From the NCBI GenBank assembly GCA_963802935.1, contig CAWDKO010000009.1:45297-109296 (forward strand): a stretch of DNA of 64,000 nucleotides. The letters are read 5' to 3'. The translations under genes and the position numbers were made by a program. Shown in pieces: positions 9,543 through 20,000 of this stretch. The notes under the pieces were generated by a model. It was given only the letters and a program-made list of their open reading frames with translations. It ran no database searches and had not been told where the DNA came from. This DNA is from an uncultured Solirubrobacterales bacterium. Lineage in GTDB: Bacteria > Actinomycetota > Thermoleophilia > Solirubrobacterales > 70-9. Within the stretch, counting starts at the first letter, position 1. Each line of letters starts with the position of its first letter.

Positions 9543-10418
9543 GTGCCCCTCGGACGACCCAACGATCTGCAAGCAGCATCGAGGCCCTCAAAGGGTTGGA
9601 CGATTGCCGTTGTCGCGGCCTTGCTCGCGTCTGCCGCGTTTGTTTTCGCCACTCCCTCAGCATCTGCCATCCAGCTCGAAGTGCCGGGCGTCGCGAAGCT
9701 CGAAGTGCCGGGCGTCACGGTCCCGCAGTTGCCGCCACCGGTCCCACTTCCGGTCCCAGCCCCGCCCCCAGCGGTCAAAGTGCCGGACTTGCCTGCGCCA
9801 TTGCCTTCGCCCTCCTCGCCGCCGGTACCGAAGCCCTCGGGGAGTCCGGGCGACGTCGCGAGGTCCGGCGGCGACTCGACCCCGGGTGTCAGGAGTGACA
9901 GCGGAGATGGGCACTCGACCGGCGAGGTCAGGAGTGCTGGGGTGGAAGCGCCGCGGCCGCAAGCGGTCCCCGGCAGGGAATCCGGCGTCAGCTCGGACCG
10001 CTCGGGCGGCGGAGGACGGGCTGACGGCGGGGAGTCCGCGATCAGGCCAGGGGTTGCGGTTCCTCGACGGCATCTAGTCGCCTACGTCTGGCCGGCGATT
10101 GCCCTGGGGCAGGTGGGCGAGGCTTTGGTGATGCAGCTGGCGAGATTGGGAGGCGTGACCTTCCCGACCCCCGGCATGGCCCCCTCGCTCTCGCTGCTGA
10201 CGGGGAACGCCGCGGCGAGCGGTGTCCCCGAGCCCCCGCGGCGATCCGCGACGCCGGACGCCTCGCGTCCGGCTCCGGCCAGCCCCCTCGCGCCTCATGG
10301 TGGAGGGATGGGTCTGCTCGCCGCGATGATCACCGTGCTGGCGGCGCTGGTAGGCGTGGTGGCGCTCGCCAGGCTCACGGTGGGAGAGGATCTCTTCTCA
10401 TCGCGATGGCTGCACTGA
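9543..10418 (+). CDS. hypothetical Pro-rich secreted/membrane-anchored protein
   Basis: N-terminal signal-like segment WTIAVVAALLASAAFVFATPSASA, tandem LEVPGVAK/LEVPGVT, Pro-rich centre, C-terminal TM GLLAAMITVLAALVGVVALA; preceded by an AT-rich stretch at 9459-9540. Confidence 0.45.
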   Translation: MPLGRPNDLQAASRPSKGWTIAVVAALLASAAFVFATPSASAIQLEVPGVAKLEVPGVTVPQLPPPVPLPVPAPPPAVKVPDLPAPLPSPSSPPVPKPSGSPGDVARSGGDSTPGVRSDSGDGHSTGEVRSAGVEAPRPQAVPGRESGVSSDRSGGGGRADGGESAIRPGVAVPRRHLVAYVWPAIALGQVGEALVMQLARLGGVTFPTPGMAPSLSLLTGNAAASGVPEPPRRSATPDASRPAPASPLAPHGGGMGLLAAMITVLAALVGVVALARLTVGEDLFSSRWLH

Positions 10419-10438
10419 ACCCTTAGTAGGTTCGCGCG

Positions 10439-11257
10439 ATGGAGTCAACGCCGGTGGAGGCGATCGAGGTCGAGGGGCGGCGGCTGGCTTGGCGCACCGT
10501 TGGAGAGGGATCGCCGCTGCTGCTCGTCAACGGATACGCGGCGACCAGCACGGACTGGGACCCGAGCTTCCTCTCCGGGCTGGCGGACTGCTTCGAGGTG
10601 ATCTGCCCGGACAACCGCGGCGTCGGCGAGTCGGAGTTGGGGGAGGGGGCGCTGACGATCGAGGCCATGGCGGCGGATCTCGAGGCGTTCCTCGACGGGA
10701 TGGATATCGCCCGCCTCCCGGTCGTTGGCTGGTCAATGGGTGGCTTCGTGGCGCAGAGGCTGGCCGTGCGGGCGCCCGAGCGCGTCTCCGCCTTGGCACT
10801 GCTCGCCACCGACCCCGGCGCCCCCGACTCGGTCGACGCCGATCCAGCGACCTGGGCTCGCCTGATCGATCACTCCGGCAGCGACCGCGAGCAGGCCTCG
10901 CGTTTGATCTCCCTGCTCTTTCCACCCGCTCTGGCGACGGACGTCGACCGCGAATTCGGTGAGGTCGTCGCGGCCGCCCACGCCGAGCTCTCGACCGCGA
11001 CCCTGCGCGCCCAGGAGGCGGCGATGGACGCCTGGCACCGCGAGCCGCTCCCGCATGTCGACGACGCCCCGGTTTTCCCGCCGACCCTGGTCATCCACGG
11101 CGATCTCGACCAGGTCATCCCCCCGGCCAACGCTGAGCCCCTCGCAGCCCGTTGGCCAGGTGCCCGGGTCGAGCTCTTTCCCGGCTGCGGCCACGCCCTC
11201 ATGGCCCAGGAGCCGCAGCGGATCGCGGACCTGATCCGCGATCTCGTGGCGCCCTGA
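10439..11257 (+). CDS. alpha/beta-fold hydrolase
   Basis: Nucleophile elbow GWSMGG, C-terminal GCGHALMAQEP catalytic His region. Confidence 0.8.
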   Translation: MESTPVEAIEVEGRRLAWRTVGEGSPLLLVNGYAATSTDWDPSFLSGLADCFEVICPDNRGVGESELGEGALTIEAMAADLEAFLDGMDIARLPVVGWSMGGFVAQRLAVRAPERVSALALLATDPGAPDSVDADPATWARLIDHSGSDREQASRLISLLFPPALATDVDREFGEVVAAAHAELSTATLRAQEAAMDAWHREPLPHVDDAPVFPPTLVIHGDLDQVIPPANAEPLAARWPGARVELFPGCGHALMAQEPQRIADLIRDLVAP

Positions 11258-11387
11258 GTCGACGCCGGCTCAGCGCCGGAGGAGGGACCCCGACACGCAG
11301 GTATGGTTGACGGATTCTGAGCAAGATTGGCTGCGGTTGGGAATTCACCCAACAGGGCCGGGATGTCGAGCAGAGGAGGGAACACGG

Positions 11388-11627
11388 ATGAGTAGTGGCG
11401 AGAATCGTGAAGAGCTAGAACGGGAACTCAGGTCAAAGCGCCCGGGGGCCATAGAAGCAGCGTCCGCAATGGTGAACTTGATGCTCGCCAAGACACCAGA
11501 CGGATCACCAAATTGGCAAATGACGAAAGAGGCAGCGATGGCCTTGCGGGGATTTGTGGAAGACGGGTCGCTCATGCGGCTTGTCGATGACGTCATCGCA
11601 GAAGCAGAGGAGGAAGGCGCCGAGTAG
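11388..11627 (+). CDS. small hypothetical protein (79 aa)
   Basis: ATG 11388 preceded by GGAGGGAAC; no recognisable family. Confidence 0.35.
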   Translation: MSSGENREELERELRSKRPGAIEAASAMVNLMLAKTPDGSPNWQMTKEAAMALRGFVEDGSLMRLVDDVIAEAEEEGAE

Positions 11628-11909
11628 CCTCGCCAGGCCGCATTCATCCGGGGCCCTCCTTGCTTGGGGGCCAACCACAAGCGTCTTGCCCGCAATCGGA
11701 GAAGCCGATGCCGGAGGAAGCGCTCGACCCCCCGATCCGCCGCTCGATTCCCCCGCCGGCGTGAGTCCGCGCCAGCCGGTCGTCTTCGGCGAGCGCCTGA
11801 TCGAGGCGCTGCGCAAGGGCGCGGAAGGGTCTGACCGCCCTGCCGATGGGCTCATGGCCCGCAAGCTTTGAGGGCCACGAGCCTGTAGATCCCGCTGTGA
11901 AGAAGGGGA

Positions 11910-13145
11910 TTGAGCCGACAGTTGCAAGATGCGAACCGCCTTGTTTATATTGCCTGGGTGCGCTTCGCGGGGGGCAGGACCTCGGGCATTCGGCCTTGGG
12001 CCGATCTGATGACCCGTATCCGGGCTCGCCAAGCGGAGATCGAAGCCGCGATCCTCACCCGTATCGTGGCGATCGAGGATCCCGCAGAGGTGACGGATCC
12101 AACCTATGTCGAGGGGTTGACCGCGGCGCTGGGCGCCGCGCTCGAGTATGGCTTCGCGGGAATCGAACGCAGCGAGGAGCGCACTACGCTGGTCCCGATC
12201 GCGGTGCTCGCCCAGGCTCGCCTTGCCGCACGAAACGGCGTCAGCCTCAACGCGGTGCTTCGTCGCTATCTTGCCGGCTCCACGATTGTCGCCAACTGCC
12301 TAATCGAGGAGGCCGAGTACGAGGACTGGAAAGGAGGAAAGACCCTCGGCCGGCTACTCCGCCGCCAAGCCGAGACCTTCGAGCGCCTGATCGTCGCGAT
12401 CGGCCGCGAGTACGAGCGCGCGGTCCAGGAGGATTCGCACGAGACTGCGGCTCAGCGTCGCCAGCGGCTGGTCGGGGAGCTGCTTGCGGGGAAGCGCTCC
12501 GAGGCTGCTGAGATTCGCTACGGCTTTGCGGCCTGGCATCTGGGTTTGTTCGCTGTAGGCTCTTCGGCCCTTGAGGCGATTGATGCCCTGGCGCGGTCCT
12601 TGGATGCTCATACGCTGCTTGTAGAGCAGGACGATGGGACTGTTTGGGCTTGGCTCGCTGGCGGCCGGGTGCTCGCCGGGGATTTCGAGCTCTCCCGCTA
12701 TCTCCGTCCGCACGCCCAGGTCGTACTCGCCATCGGCGAGGCCGCACCCGGGCTCGACGGCTGGCGACTCACCCATCGTCAGGCGGCAGCGGCGTTTACG
12801 ATCGCCAGGCAGGGCCAGGAGCCGCTCGTGCGCTACCGCGATGTTGCGTTGCTTGCCGCTGCGCAGCGCGATGAGCTTTTACGCGCGTCACTCGAGCAGG
12901 TCTTCCTGACGCCCCTTGTGGCTGAGCGCGACGGAGGCGCTGTGCTCCGCCTCACCCTTGAGGCCTACTTTGTCGCCGGGCGTAACGCTGCCTCGGCGGC
13001 GGCAGCGCTTGGTGTCAGCCGTCAGACAGTGAACAGCCGCCTGCGCAGCGCGGAGGAACGCCTCGGCTGCTCGCTGGAGAGCTGTGCTCCAGAGTTGCAG
13101 ACCGCCCTTCGCTTCGCTGCCCTTTCCAAACGTCAAGTCAATTGA
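11910..13145 (+). CDS. PucR/CdaR-family transcriptional regulator
   Basis: C-terminal PucR-type HTH (AGRNAASAAAALGVSRQTVNSRLRSAEERLG); true start may be ATG 12009 (MTRIRARQAE). Confidence 0.7.
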   Translation: MSRQLQDANRLVYIAWVRFAGGRTSGIRPWADLMTRIRARQAEIEAAILTRIVAIEDPAEVTDPTYVEGLTAALGAALEYGFAGIERSEERTTLVPIAVLAQARLAARNGVSLNAVLRRYLAGSTIVANCLIEEAEYEDWKGGKTLGRLLRRQAETFERLIVAIGREYERAVQEDSHETAAQRRQRLVGELLAGKRSEAAEIRYGFAAWHLGLFAVGSSALEAIDALARSLDAHTLLVEQDDGTVWAWLAGGRVLAGDFELSRYLRPHAQVVLAIGEAAPGLDGWRLTHRQAAAAFTIARQGQEPLVRYRDVALLAAAQRDELLRASLEQVFLTPLVAERDGGAVLRLTLEAYFVAGRNAASAAAALGVSRQTVNSRLRSAEERLGCSLESCAPELQTALRFAALSKRQVN

Positions 13146-13294
13146 GCACATAGGCAAGGCGCCGGACAAGATCTTGCGGCAGCATCGATAGGAGTTCCGG
13201 TTTCGGCCAATGGGAGGGCATTGTGAATGCAGTGAGGGCACGCCTTGTTGCGGGAGAAGGATCTCGCGCGTTTTTGGGCTTCAACGGGGGACGT

Positions 13295-16200
13295 ATGTGG
13301 CGGCAGTTCGCAGCGTTCGTCCTTCTCCTTGTGGCATCGACGGCCGCCTTGCCCCCAGGGCAGCCCTCGGCGGCGCCGGGTCCGTTGGCCACGTTTCCAG
13401 CGAAACGCTCCGGGCAGGAAGTGGCGGAATATGCCCGCACCTTCGACGTTTCTGCCCGGGAGGCGTCGGACACGCTGAACACACAGGAAAAAGGTGCGGG
13501 CGTCGTTGAAGTCCTTCGGCAGACGCTGGGCTCCCAATATGCAGGGATATGGTTCGACAATACGGCCGGCGAATTCGTCGTGCCTTTGGCCGCAAAAAGC
13601 GACGCAATCCGAGTTCAGCGTGCATTCAATGATCTCGGTCTAGCGCCCTCCACATTTCGTCTAGCTGACGCTCGCTTCACTTGGACGCAGCTGGAGAACA
13701 AGAAGGAACGGCTGCTCGAGCAATCCCTGTCAAAGCCTTTCCTGAACGGCGAAATCCAGGCATCGATCGACCCCAGGGCTAACCATGTCAGCGTGACGCT
13801 GTCCGGCACCGCGAATGAGGGGCGGTCAGCTGAGGTGGCAGATGCGGTGAATCAGTACGGTCCCGCAGCGGAAATCGAGAGGAAGAAGTTCAACCCCATT
13901 CCCGTGGCATGCTCTTTTGGCGACTGCGACCCGCCGCTGCGTGGGGGAGTCGCCATTACTCCCAAAAACTCGCCGGGAACCATGTGTTCGGCGGGCTTCA
14001 AGGCTCTGGGCAATGCGAACGGCAACAGATTCGTTTTGACCGCAGGCCATTGCACCTATGGAGTCTCTACATATCTCGCTCAGCCTGCTAGCAGCCCCTT
14101 TGAATCGAAAGAAATTGGACCGGTCGAAGCAACGTACACTAACGCGAGCGGCTACGACGTTGGCCTGATAAAAGCCAATGGGGGTTATTGGGATACCACG
14201 CCATGGCCGACCGAGGTGGTCTACTGGTCCCCGAAAGAATCTTATGAAGCGGTGAATCCTCATGTTGCCATTACCGCCGAAGCCTCCAGCTACATCGGAG
14301 AGTGGGCGTGTCACTCCGGCCAATCGTCGGGCACGTCGTGCGGGACGGTCAAAGAAGTCGATCTTGACCTGTCTTTTGAAACAGAAGGACGACCGCAGAT
14401 CCGTAACGACTTGAGCTTTGTGACCGGACCGGAACTCTGCATAGAAGGCGGTGACAGCGGTGGGCCGGTATTCACGGGGAACACCGCCTTGGGAATAACA
14501 TCCGCTATGGAGGGAGAACTTCCCATTCCCTGCGGGAATGGCGATTACTACAGTGAGATAACCGAAGACTCCGATCTGCTCGGTGTTCACGTCGCTTCAC
14601 GGGTCGGGGCACCTCCCTCCGCGATAACCGAAGGAGTCACATCCGTCGACTTCAGCCAGGCGACGATCAAAGGTACAGTCGATGCCAGTGGCATCCCGAC
14701 GACCTATTACTTCGAATATGGCAAAACCACCGCCTATGGCAGTGCGACCGGATCCGCAAGCGCCGGCTCGGGCTTCCTGCCCGGAACGTTCAGCAGCACC
14801 ATCGGGAGCCTCAGTCCCGGCACCAGCTACCACTACCGGATCGTCGCCACCAACTCTTCCGGCACCTCTTATGGCGCCGACCGTCAGTTCTCCACCCTGA
14901 GCCTCACCCCCAGCGAAGGGGAAGAGGACTACTCGCCCGGCCCACGCTCGACCGTCGACCCGACCAACAACTCGGTCAACGTCTTCTACCGCACCCCATC
15001 GGGCAGCCTCGGCCACCGCTGGCACGCGCCCTGGGAATCGGGCTGGGGCAGCGAGACGCTGGCGGGCTCACTGTCCTCTGAGCCCCATCTGATCGTCGAC
15101 AGGGACGGCGGTATCAACGTCTTCTACCGCACCCCCTCGGGCACCCTCGGCCACAACTGGTGGGAAGCCGGCGGCACCGGCTGGGGCTCGGAGAGCCTCG
15201 GCGGCTCGCTCGCGGCAAACGCCGAACCGCACGCGATCGTCGACTCCAACAAGGTCGTCAACGTCTTCTACCGCACCCCATCGGGCAGCCTCGGCCACCG
15301 CTGGCACGCGCCCTGGGAATCGGGCTGGGGCAGCGAGACGCTGGCGGGCTCGGTTGCCTCAGAACCGCACGCGATCGTCGACAAGGACGGCGGCATCAAC
15401 GTCTTCTACCGCACCCCCTCGGGCACCCTCGGCCACAACTGGTGGGAAGCCGGCGGCACCGGCTGGGGCTCGGAGAGCCTCGGCGGCTCGCTCGCGGCAA
15501 ACGCCGAACCGCACGCGATCGTCGAACCCAACAACTCGGTCCACGTCTTCTACCGCACCGCCTCGGGCAGCCTCGGCCACCGCTGGCACGCGCCCTGGGA
15601 ATCGGGCTGGGGCAGCGAGACGCTGGCGGGCTCACTCGACTCGAGCGCCGAACCGCACGCGATCGTCGACAAGAACGGCGGCGTCAACGTCTTCTACCGC
15701 ACCCCCTCGGGCACCCTCGGCCACAACTGGTGGGAAGTCGGCAACAACGTCTGGGGCTCGGAGGATCTCGGCGGCTCGCTCGCCTCTGAGCCGCACGCGA
15801 TCGTCGACCCGACCAACAACTCGGTCAACGTCTTCTACCGCACCCCATCGGGCAGCCTCGGCCACCGCTGGCACGCGCCCTGGGAATCGGGCTGGGGCAG
15901 CGAGACGCTGGCGGGCTCACTGTCCTCTGAGCCCCATCTGATCGTCGACAGGGACGGCGGTATCAACGTCTTCTACCGCACCCCCTCGGGCACCCTCGGC
16001 CACAACTGGTGGGAAGCCGGCGGCACCGGCTGGGGCTCGGAGAGCCTCGGTGGCTCGCTCGCACCGACCCCCCCGAGCGCCACCACCGGCGCCGCCAGCG
16101 GGGTCGGTGCAAACGAAGCCAAACTCGAAGGAACCGTGAACCCAAATGGCTCACCCACTAGCTACTACTTCGAATACGGTCCGACGACCTCTTATGGCTC

Positions 16201-16978
16201 AAAAGCGCCGGCCTCTGCGGCAGAAGCTGGCTACGGCACCGCCGCCGTCGCGGTCAGCCAGGCCTTGAGCGGTCTCTCCCCGAGCACGACCTACCACTAC
16301 CGACTGGTCGCCACTGGCCCGGAAGGCACTGCCACCGGTCAGGACAAAACCTTTGCAACCAAAGCGGCGACGGTCGCGAGCCAGCTGGCGGCGCTTCCCG
16401 TCACAGAGCCCTTTGACGGCAGCTCGGGATCGCTCGCCAACTTCGGCTCGAAATGGTCCACGCTGGGCTGGGCCGCGGGAGGCTCTCCCAAGGGCGCGGA
16501 CACCACCACGGGCTGGGGCCCGGTCAACGCCTTCTCGACCATCAACGGGGCTTACTTCAACACGTCAGTCTCCGCCGGCGGCCTGGGCTCTGCCGTGGTC
16601 GCGACCATGGCCGTCAACCCGGGCTTGACCGAACGCCACTTCTCGCTCTGGCTGAACATGTCGACCCCCGGCGGCACCAAAGCCGGCTATGAGCTGCGCT
16701 TCCAGAACACTGCTGCGAACGCCTACGAAGTCCGACTCCTCAAGTGGGTCGGCGCCAGCGAAGCCCAGCTCGCGTCCAAAACCGGCTATTCCTTCTCCAA
16801 CGGCAGCTCGTTCGCGCTCGTCGACCAGGGGGCCACTGTCTCGGCCTGGACCGACACCGGCTCTGGCTTCGCCCAACAGCTGAGCGCTGCCGACTCGGCG
16901 TTCTCGAGCGGATATGCAGGGCTCCAGGGCGCCGGGAGCACCACGCGCCTGAGGAACTTCAAGGCGGGGGGGATTTAG
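13295..16978 (+). CDS. secreted multidomain protein: alpha-lytic/streptogrisin-type S1 protease, Fn3-like, 8 Trp-rich propeller blades, Fn3-like, ConA/LamG-like C-terminal domain
   Basis: Signal peptide MWRQFAAFVLLLVASTAA; pro-region YAGIWFDNTAGEFVVP; triad LTAGHC / YDVGLI / GDSGGPV; YYFEYG..YG..Y.YR Fn3-like modules; 8 repeats NVFYRTPSG.LGH.W....GWGSE.L.GSL..EPH.IV. Confidence 0.8.
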   Translation: MWRQFAAFVLLLVASTAALPPGQPSAAPGPLATFPAKRSGQEVAEYARTFDVSAREASDTLNTQEKGAGVVEVLRQTLGSQYAGIWFDNTAGEFVVPLAAKSDAIRVQRAFNDLGLAPSTFRLADARFTWTQLENKKERLLEQSLSKPFLNGEIQASIDPRANHVSVTLSGTANEGRSAEVADAVNQYGPAAEIERKKFNPIPVACSFGDCDPPLRGGVAITPKNSPGTMCSAGFKALGNANGNRFVLTAGHCTYGVSTYLAQPASSPFESKEIGPVEATYTNASGYDVGLIKANGGYWDTTPWPTEVVYWSPKESYEAVNPHVAITAEASSYIGEWACHSGQSSGTSCGTVKEVDLDLSFETEGRPQIRNDLSFVTGPELCIEGGDSGGPVFTGNTALGITSAMEGELPIPCGNGDYYSEITEDSDLLGVHVASRVGAPPSAITEGVTSVDFSQATIKGTVDASGIPTTYYFEYGKTTAYGSATGSASAGSGFLPGTFSSTIGSLSPGTSYHYRIVATNSSGTSYGADRQFSTLSLTPSEGEEDYSPGPRSTVDPTNNSVNVFYRTPSGSLGHRWHAPWESGWGSETLAGSLSSEPHLIVDRDGGINVFYRTPSGTLGHNWWEAGGTGWGSESLGGSLAANAEPHAIVDSNKVVNVFYRTPSGSLGHRWHAPWESGWGSETLAGSVASEPHAIVDKDGGINVFYRTPSGTLGHNWWEAGGTGWGSESLGGSLAANAEPHAIVEPNNSVHVFYRTASGSLGHRWHAPWESGWGSETLAGSLDSSAEPHAIVDKNGGVNVFYRTPSGTLGHNWWEVGNNVWGSEDLGGSLASEPHAIVDPTNNSVNVFYRTPSGSLGHRWHAPWESGWGSETLAGSLSSEPHLIVDRDGGINVFYRTPSGTLGHNWWEAGGTGWGSESLGGSLAPTPPSATTGAASGVGANEAKLEGTVNPNGSPTSYYFEYGPTTSYGSKAPASAAEAGYGTAAVAVSQALSGLSPSTTYHYRLVATGPEGTATGQDKTFATKAATVASQLAALPVTEPFDGSSGSLANFGSKWSTLGWAAGGSPKGADTTTGWGPVNAFSTINGAYFNTSVSAGGLGSAVVATMAVNPGLTERHFSLWLNMSTPGGTKAGYELRFQNTAANAYEVRLLKWVGASEAQLASKTGYSFSNGSSFALVDQGATVSAWTDTGSGFAQQLSAADSAFSSGYAGLQGAGSTTRLRNFKAGGI

Positions 16979-16980
16979 GG
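14906..16980 (+). repeat. 2,075-bp direct repeat, copy 1 (3' part of the first protease gene)
   Basis: Aligns at a constant offset of 3,515 bp with 18421..20495; the translations differ at only three residues (SLSSEPHLIV vs SVASEPHAIV, DRDGG vs DRNGG). Confidence 0.9.
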
Positions 16981-17037
16981 ACATGGCTAATTTCGTCGGA
17001 CTATCGGCTGTCAACAAGCCATCGAGAGGGATCTGAG

Positions 17038-20000
17038 ATGAAAAGAGCACCGAACAACGTGGGGAGCAGCCGGTACAGGACGACGGTGGTCGGACTGGTG
17101 GCGTTGGTGGTTTCTCTCCCCTCTCTTTTTTCCTCGGCCGCGGCGTTGGCGAGTCCAAGGGCCTTTGACGTAGGCGATCTTGATGTACGCAGGGCTGAAG
17201 TACGCGAATACAAGCGCGAATTCGGAGTTTCCGAGTTGCACGCCGAAGAAAGCCTGGAAACCCAGCAGACCGGGCTTGACATGAACCTCGTCGCTCAGCT
17301 CGAATCACTGCTCGGCGCTGACTACGCGGGCGTTTGGTTCGATAATGCCACTGGGGACTTCGTCATTCCGGTGACTCCAGGGGCCGATCGTGACGCTGTT
17401 GTCCAGTCACTCTTCGCAGCGGGCCTTTCAGGGCATTTTCGCTTTACCCCAGCACAGGCAAGCTGGCGGCAGTTGCAGTCCACCCAGAACCAAATCAATG
17501 CGTCGCTGGGCGAGCAGCTTCGCCATGGCACGGTCGAGACCTCGCTCGACCCGCAGACCAATGCGGTACTGGTCAAAACCGCCGATGATATAGGATCAGC
17601 GGGCGCTGCTAGGGCCCAGAACCTTGCGCGGGGCTTTCAGGGTGAAGTCGAGCTCCGCGAGGGGACTGCAAGGGCCCTGAGCGGCCAGTTGGAGGGATGC
17701 AACGATGTCTTCTGCGGACCCTCACTCAGGGGTGGCGTACAGATCTTTGGTTCCAATGCCAAAAACTCCGAAGATTCTTGCACCGCAGGGTTTCGCGCGG
17801 TCAGTCCCACCGGTAACCGGTACCTGCTTACTGCTGGGCACTGTGTGGTGGAAATAGGGGAAGTCGAACCAGCCACGACGACTTGGTACAGCAAAAATGA
17901 CTCCCTTCAAACTTGGAAAATCGGCGACGTCGAGCAGGCAGTATCTCCGATTGATGATTGGGCGAAGATCAGTGTCAATGGGAGCGAATGGGACAAAGGC
18001 CAGTCGGCGAATGAAATCGTCTACTACGGAGAACCTATTTTCGATGCGAACGGGAAAATGATCGGCAAATCGCCTACGGTCGATTCGAACTATGCAATAA
18101 CCGGCGAATCCTCAAGTGTTAAAGGGACTTTTGTCTGTCACTCGGGAATCATGACCGGAACGACCTGTGGACAGGTGACTGCAGTTGGAGTGTCTCACAC
18201 CTGGGCGGGAAACTGGACTATCAATAACTTGAACGAAGCCGTTGGAGTCTGCAGTATCCCGGGTGACAGCGGCGGGCCCTGGTTCAGCGGACACATTGCG
18301 CTGGGCATGCACACTGGTTCGGTCGTTGAATCCAAAACATGCTCGGGCGCCCGGTTCTACACGGACATCACCAGGGCGACCAGTGCACTGGGGGTGTCGA
18401 TCGCCTCCACTGCCTTCCCAACCCCCAGCGAAGGGGAAGAGGACTACTCGCCCGGCCCACGCTCGACCGTCGACCCGACCAACAACTCGGTCAACGTCTT
18501 CTACCGCACCCCATCGGGCAGCCTCGGCCACCGCTGGCACGCGCCCTGGGAATCGGGCTGGGGCAGCGAGACGCTGGCGGGCTCGGTTGCCTCAGAACCG
18601 CACGCGATCGTCGACAGGGACGGCGGTATCAACGTCTTCTACCGCACCCCCTCGGGCACCCTCGGCCACAACTGGTGGGAAGCCGGCGGCACCGGCTGGG
18701 GCTCGGAGAGCCTCGGCGGCTCGCTCGCGGCAAACGCCGAACCGCACGCGATCGTCGACTCCAACAAGGTCGTCAACGTCTTCTACCGCACCCCATCGGG
18801 CAGCCTCGGCCACCGCTGGCACGCGCCCTGGGAATCGGGCTGGGGCAGCGAGACGCTGGCGGGCTCGGTTGCCTCAGAACCGCACGCGATCGTCGACAAG
18901 GACGGCGGCATCAACGTCTTCTACCGCACCCCCTCGGGCACCCTCGGCCACAACTGGTGGGAAGCCGGCGGCACCGGCTGGGGCTCGGAGAGCCTCGGCG
19001 GCTCGCTCGCGGCAAACGCCGAACCGCACGCGATCGTCGAACCCAACAACTCGGTCCACGTCTTCTACCGCACCGCCTCGGGCAGCCTCGGCCACCGCTG
19101 GCACGCGCCCTGGGAATCGGGCTGGGGCAGCGAGACGCTGGCGGGCTCACTCGACTCGAGCGCCGAACCGCACGCGATCGTCGACAAGAACGGCGGCGTC
19201 AACGTCTTCTACCGCACCCCCTCGGGCACCCTCGGCCACAACTGGTGGGAAGTCGGCAACAACGTCTGGGGCTCGGAGGATCTCGGCGGCTCGCTCGCCT
19301 CTGAGCCGCACGCGATCGTCGACCCGACCAACAACTCGGTCAACGTCTTCTACCGCACCCCATCGGGCAGCCTCGGCCACCGCTGGCACGCGCCCTGGGA
19401 ATCGGGCTGGGGCAGCGAGACGCTGGCGGGCTCACTGTCCTCTGAGCCCCATCTGATCGTCGACAGGAACGGCGGTATCAACGTCTTCTACCGCACCCCC
19501 TCGGGCACCCTCGGCCACAACTGGTGGGAAGCCGGCGGCACCGGCTGGGGCTCGGAGAGCCTCGGTGGCTCGCTCGCACCGACCCCCCCGAGCGCCACCA
19601 CCGGCGCCGCCAGCGGGGTCGGTGCAAACGAAGCCAAACTCGAAGGAACCGTGAACCCAAATGGCTCACCCACTAGCTACTACTTCGAATACGGTCCGAC
19701 GACCTCTTATGGCTCAAAAGCGCCGGCCTCTGCGGCAGAAGCTGGCTACGGCACCGCCGCCGTCGCGGTCAGCCAGGCCTTGAGCGGTCTCTCCCCGAGC
19801 ACGACCTACCACTACCGACTGGTCGCCACTGGCCCGGAAGGCACTGCCACCGGTCAGGACAAAACCTTTGCAACCAAAGCGGCGACGGTCGCGAGCCAGC
19901 TGGCGGCGCTTCCCGTCACAGAGCCCTTTGACGGCAGCTCGGGATCGCTCGCCAACTTCGGCTCGAAATGGTCCACGCTGGGCTGGGCCGCGGGAGGCTC

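Noticed and set aside
14950-16070. Regular repeats of about 140-145 bp that could be taken for a CRISPR-like array (also at 18465..19585)
   Set aside because: The repeats are contiguous, in frame, lack unique spacers and translate to propeller blades within a long ORF.
16744-17037. N-terminal extension of the second protease ORF overlapping the end of the first gene
   Set aside because: The extension is an alternative-frame reading of the first gene's 3' end. ATG 17038 has an RBS and is followed by a signal peptide.
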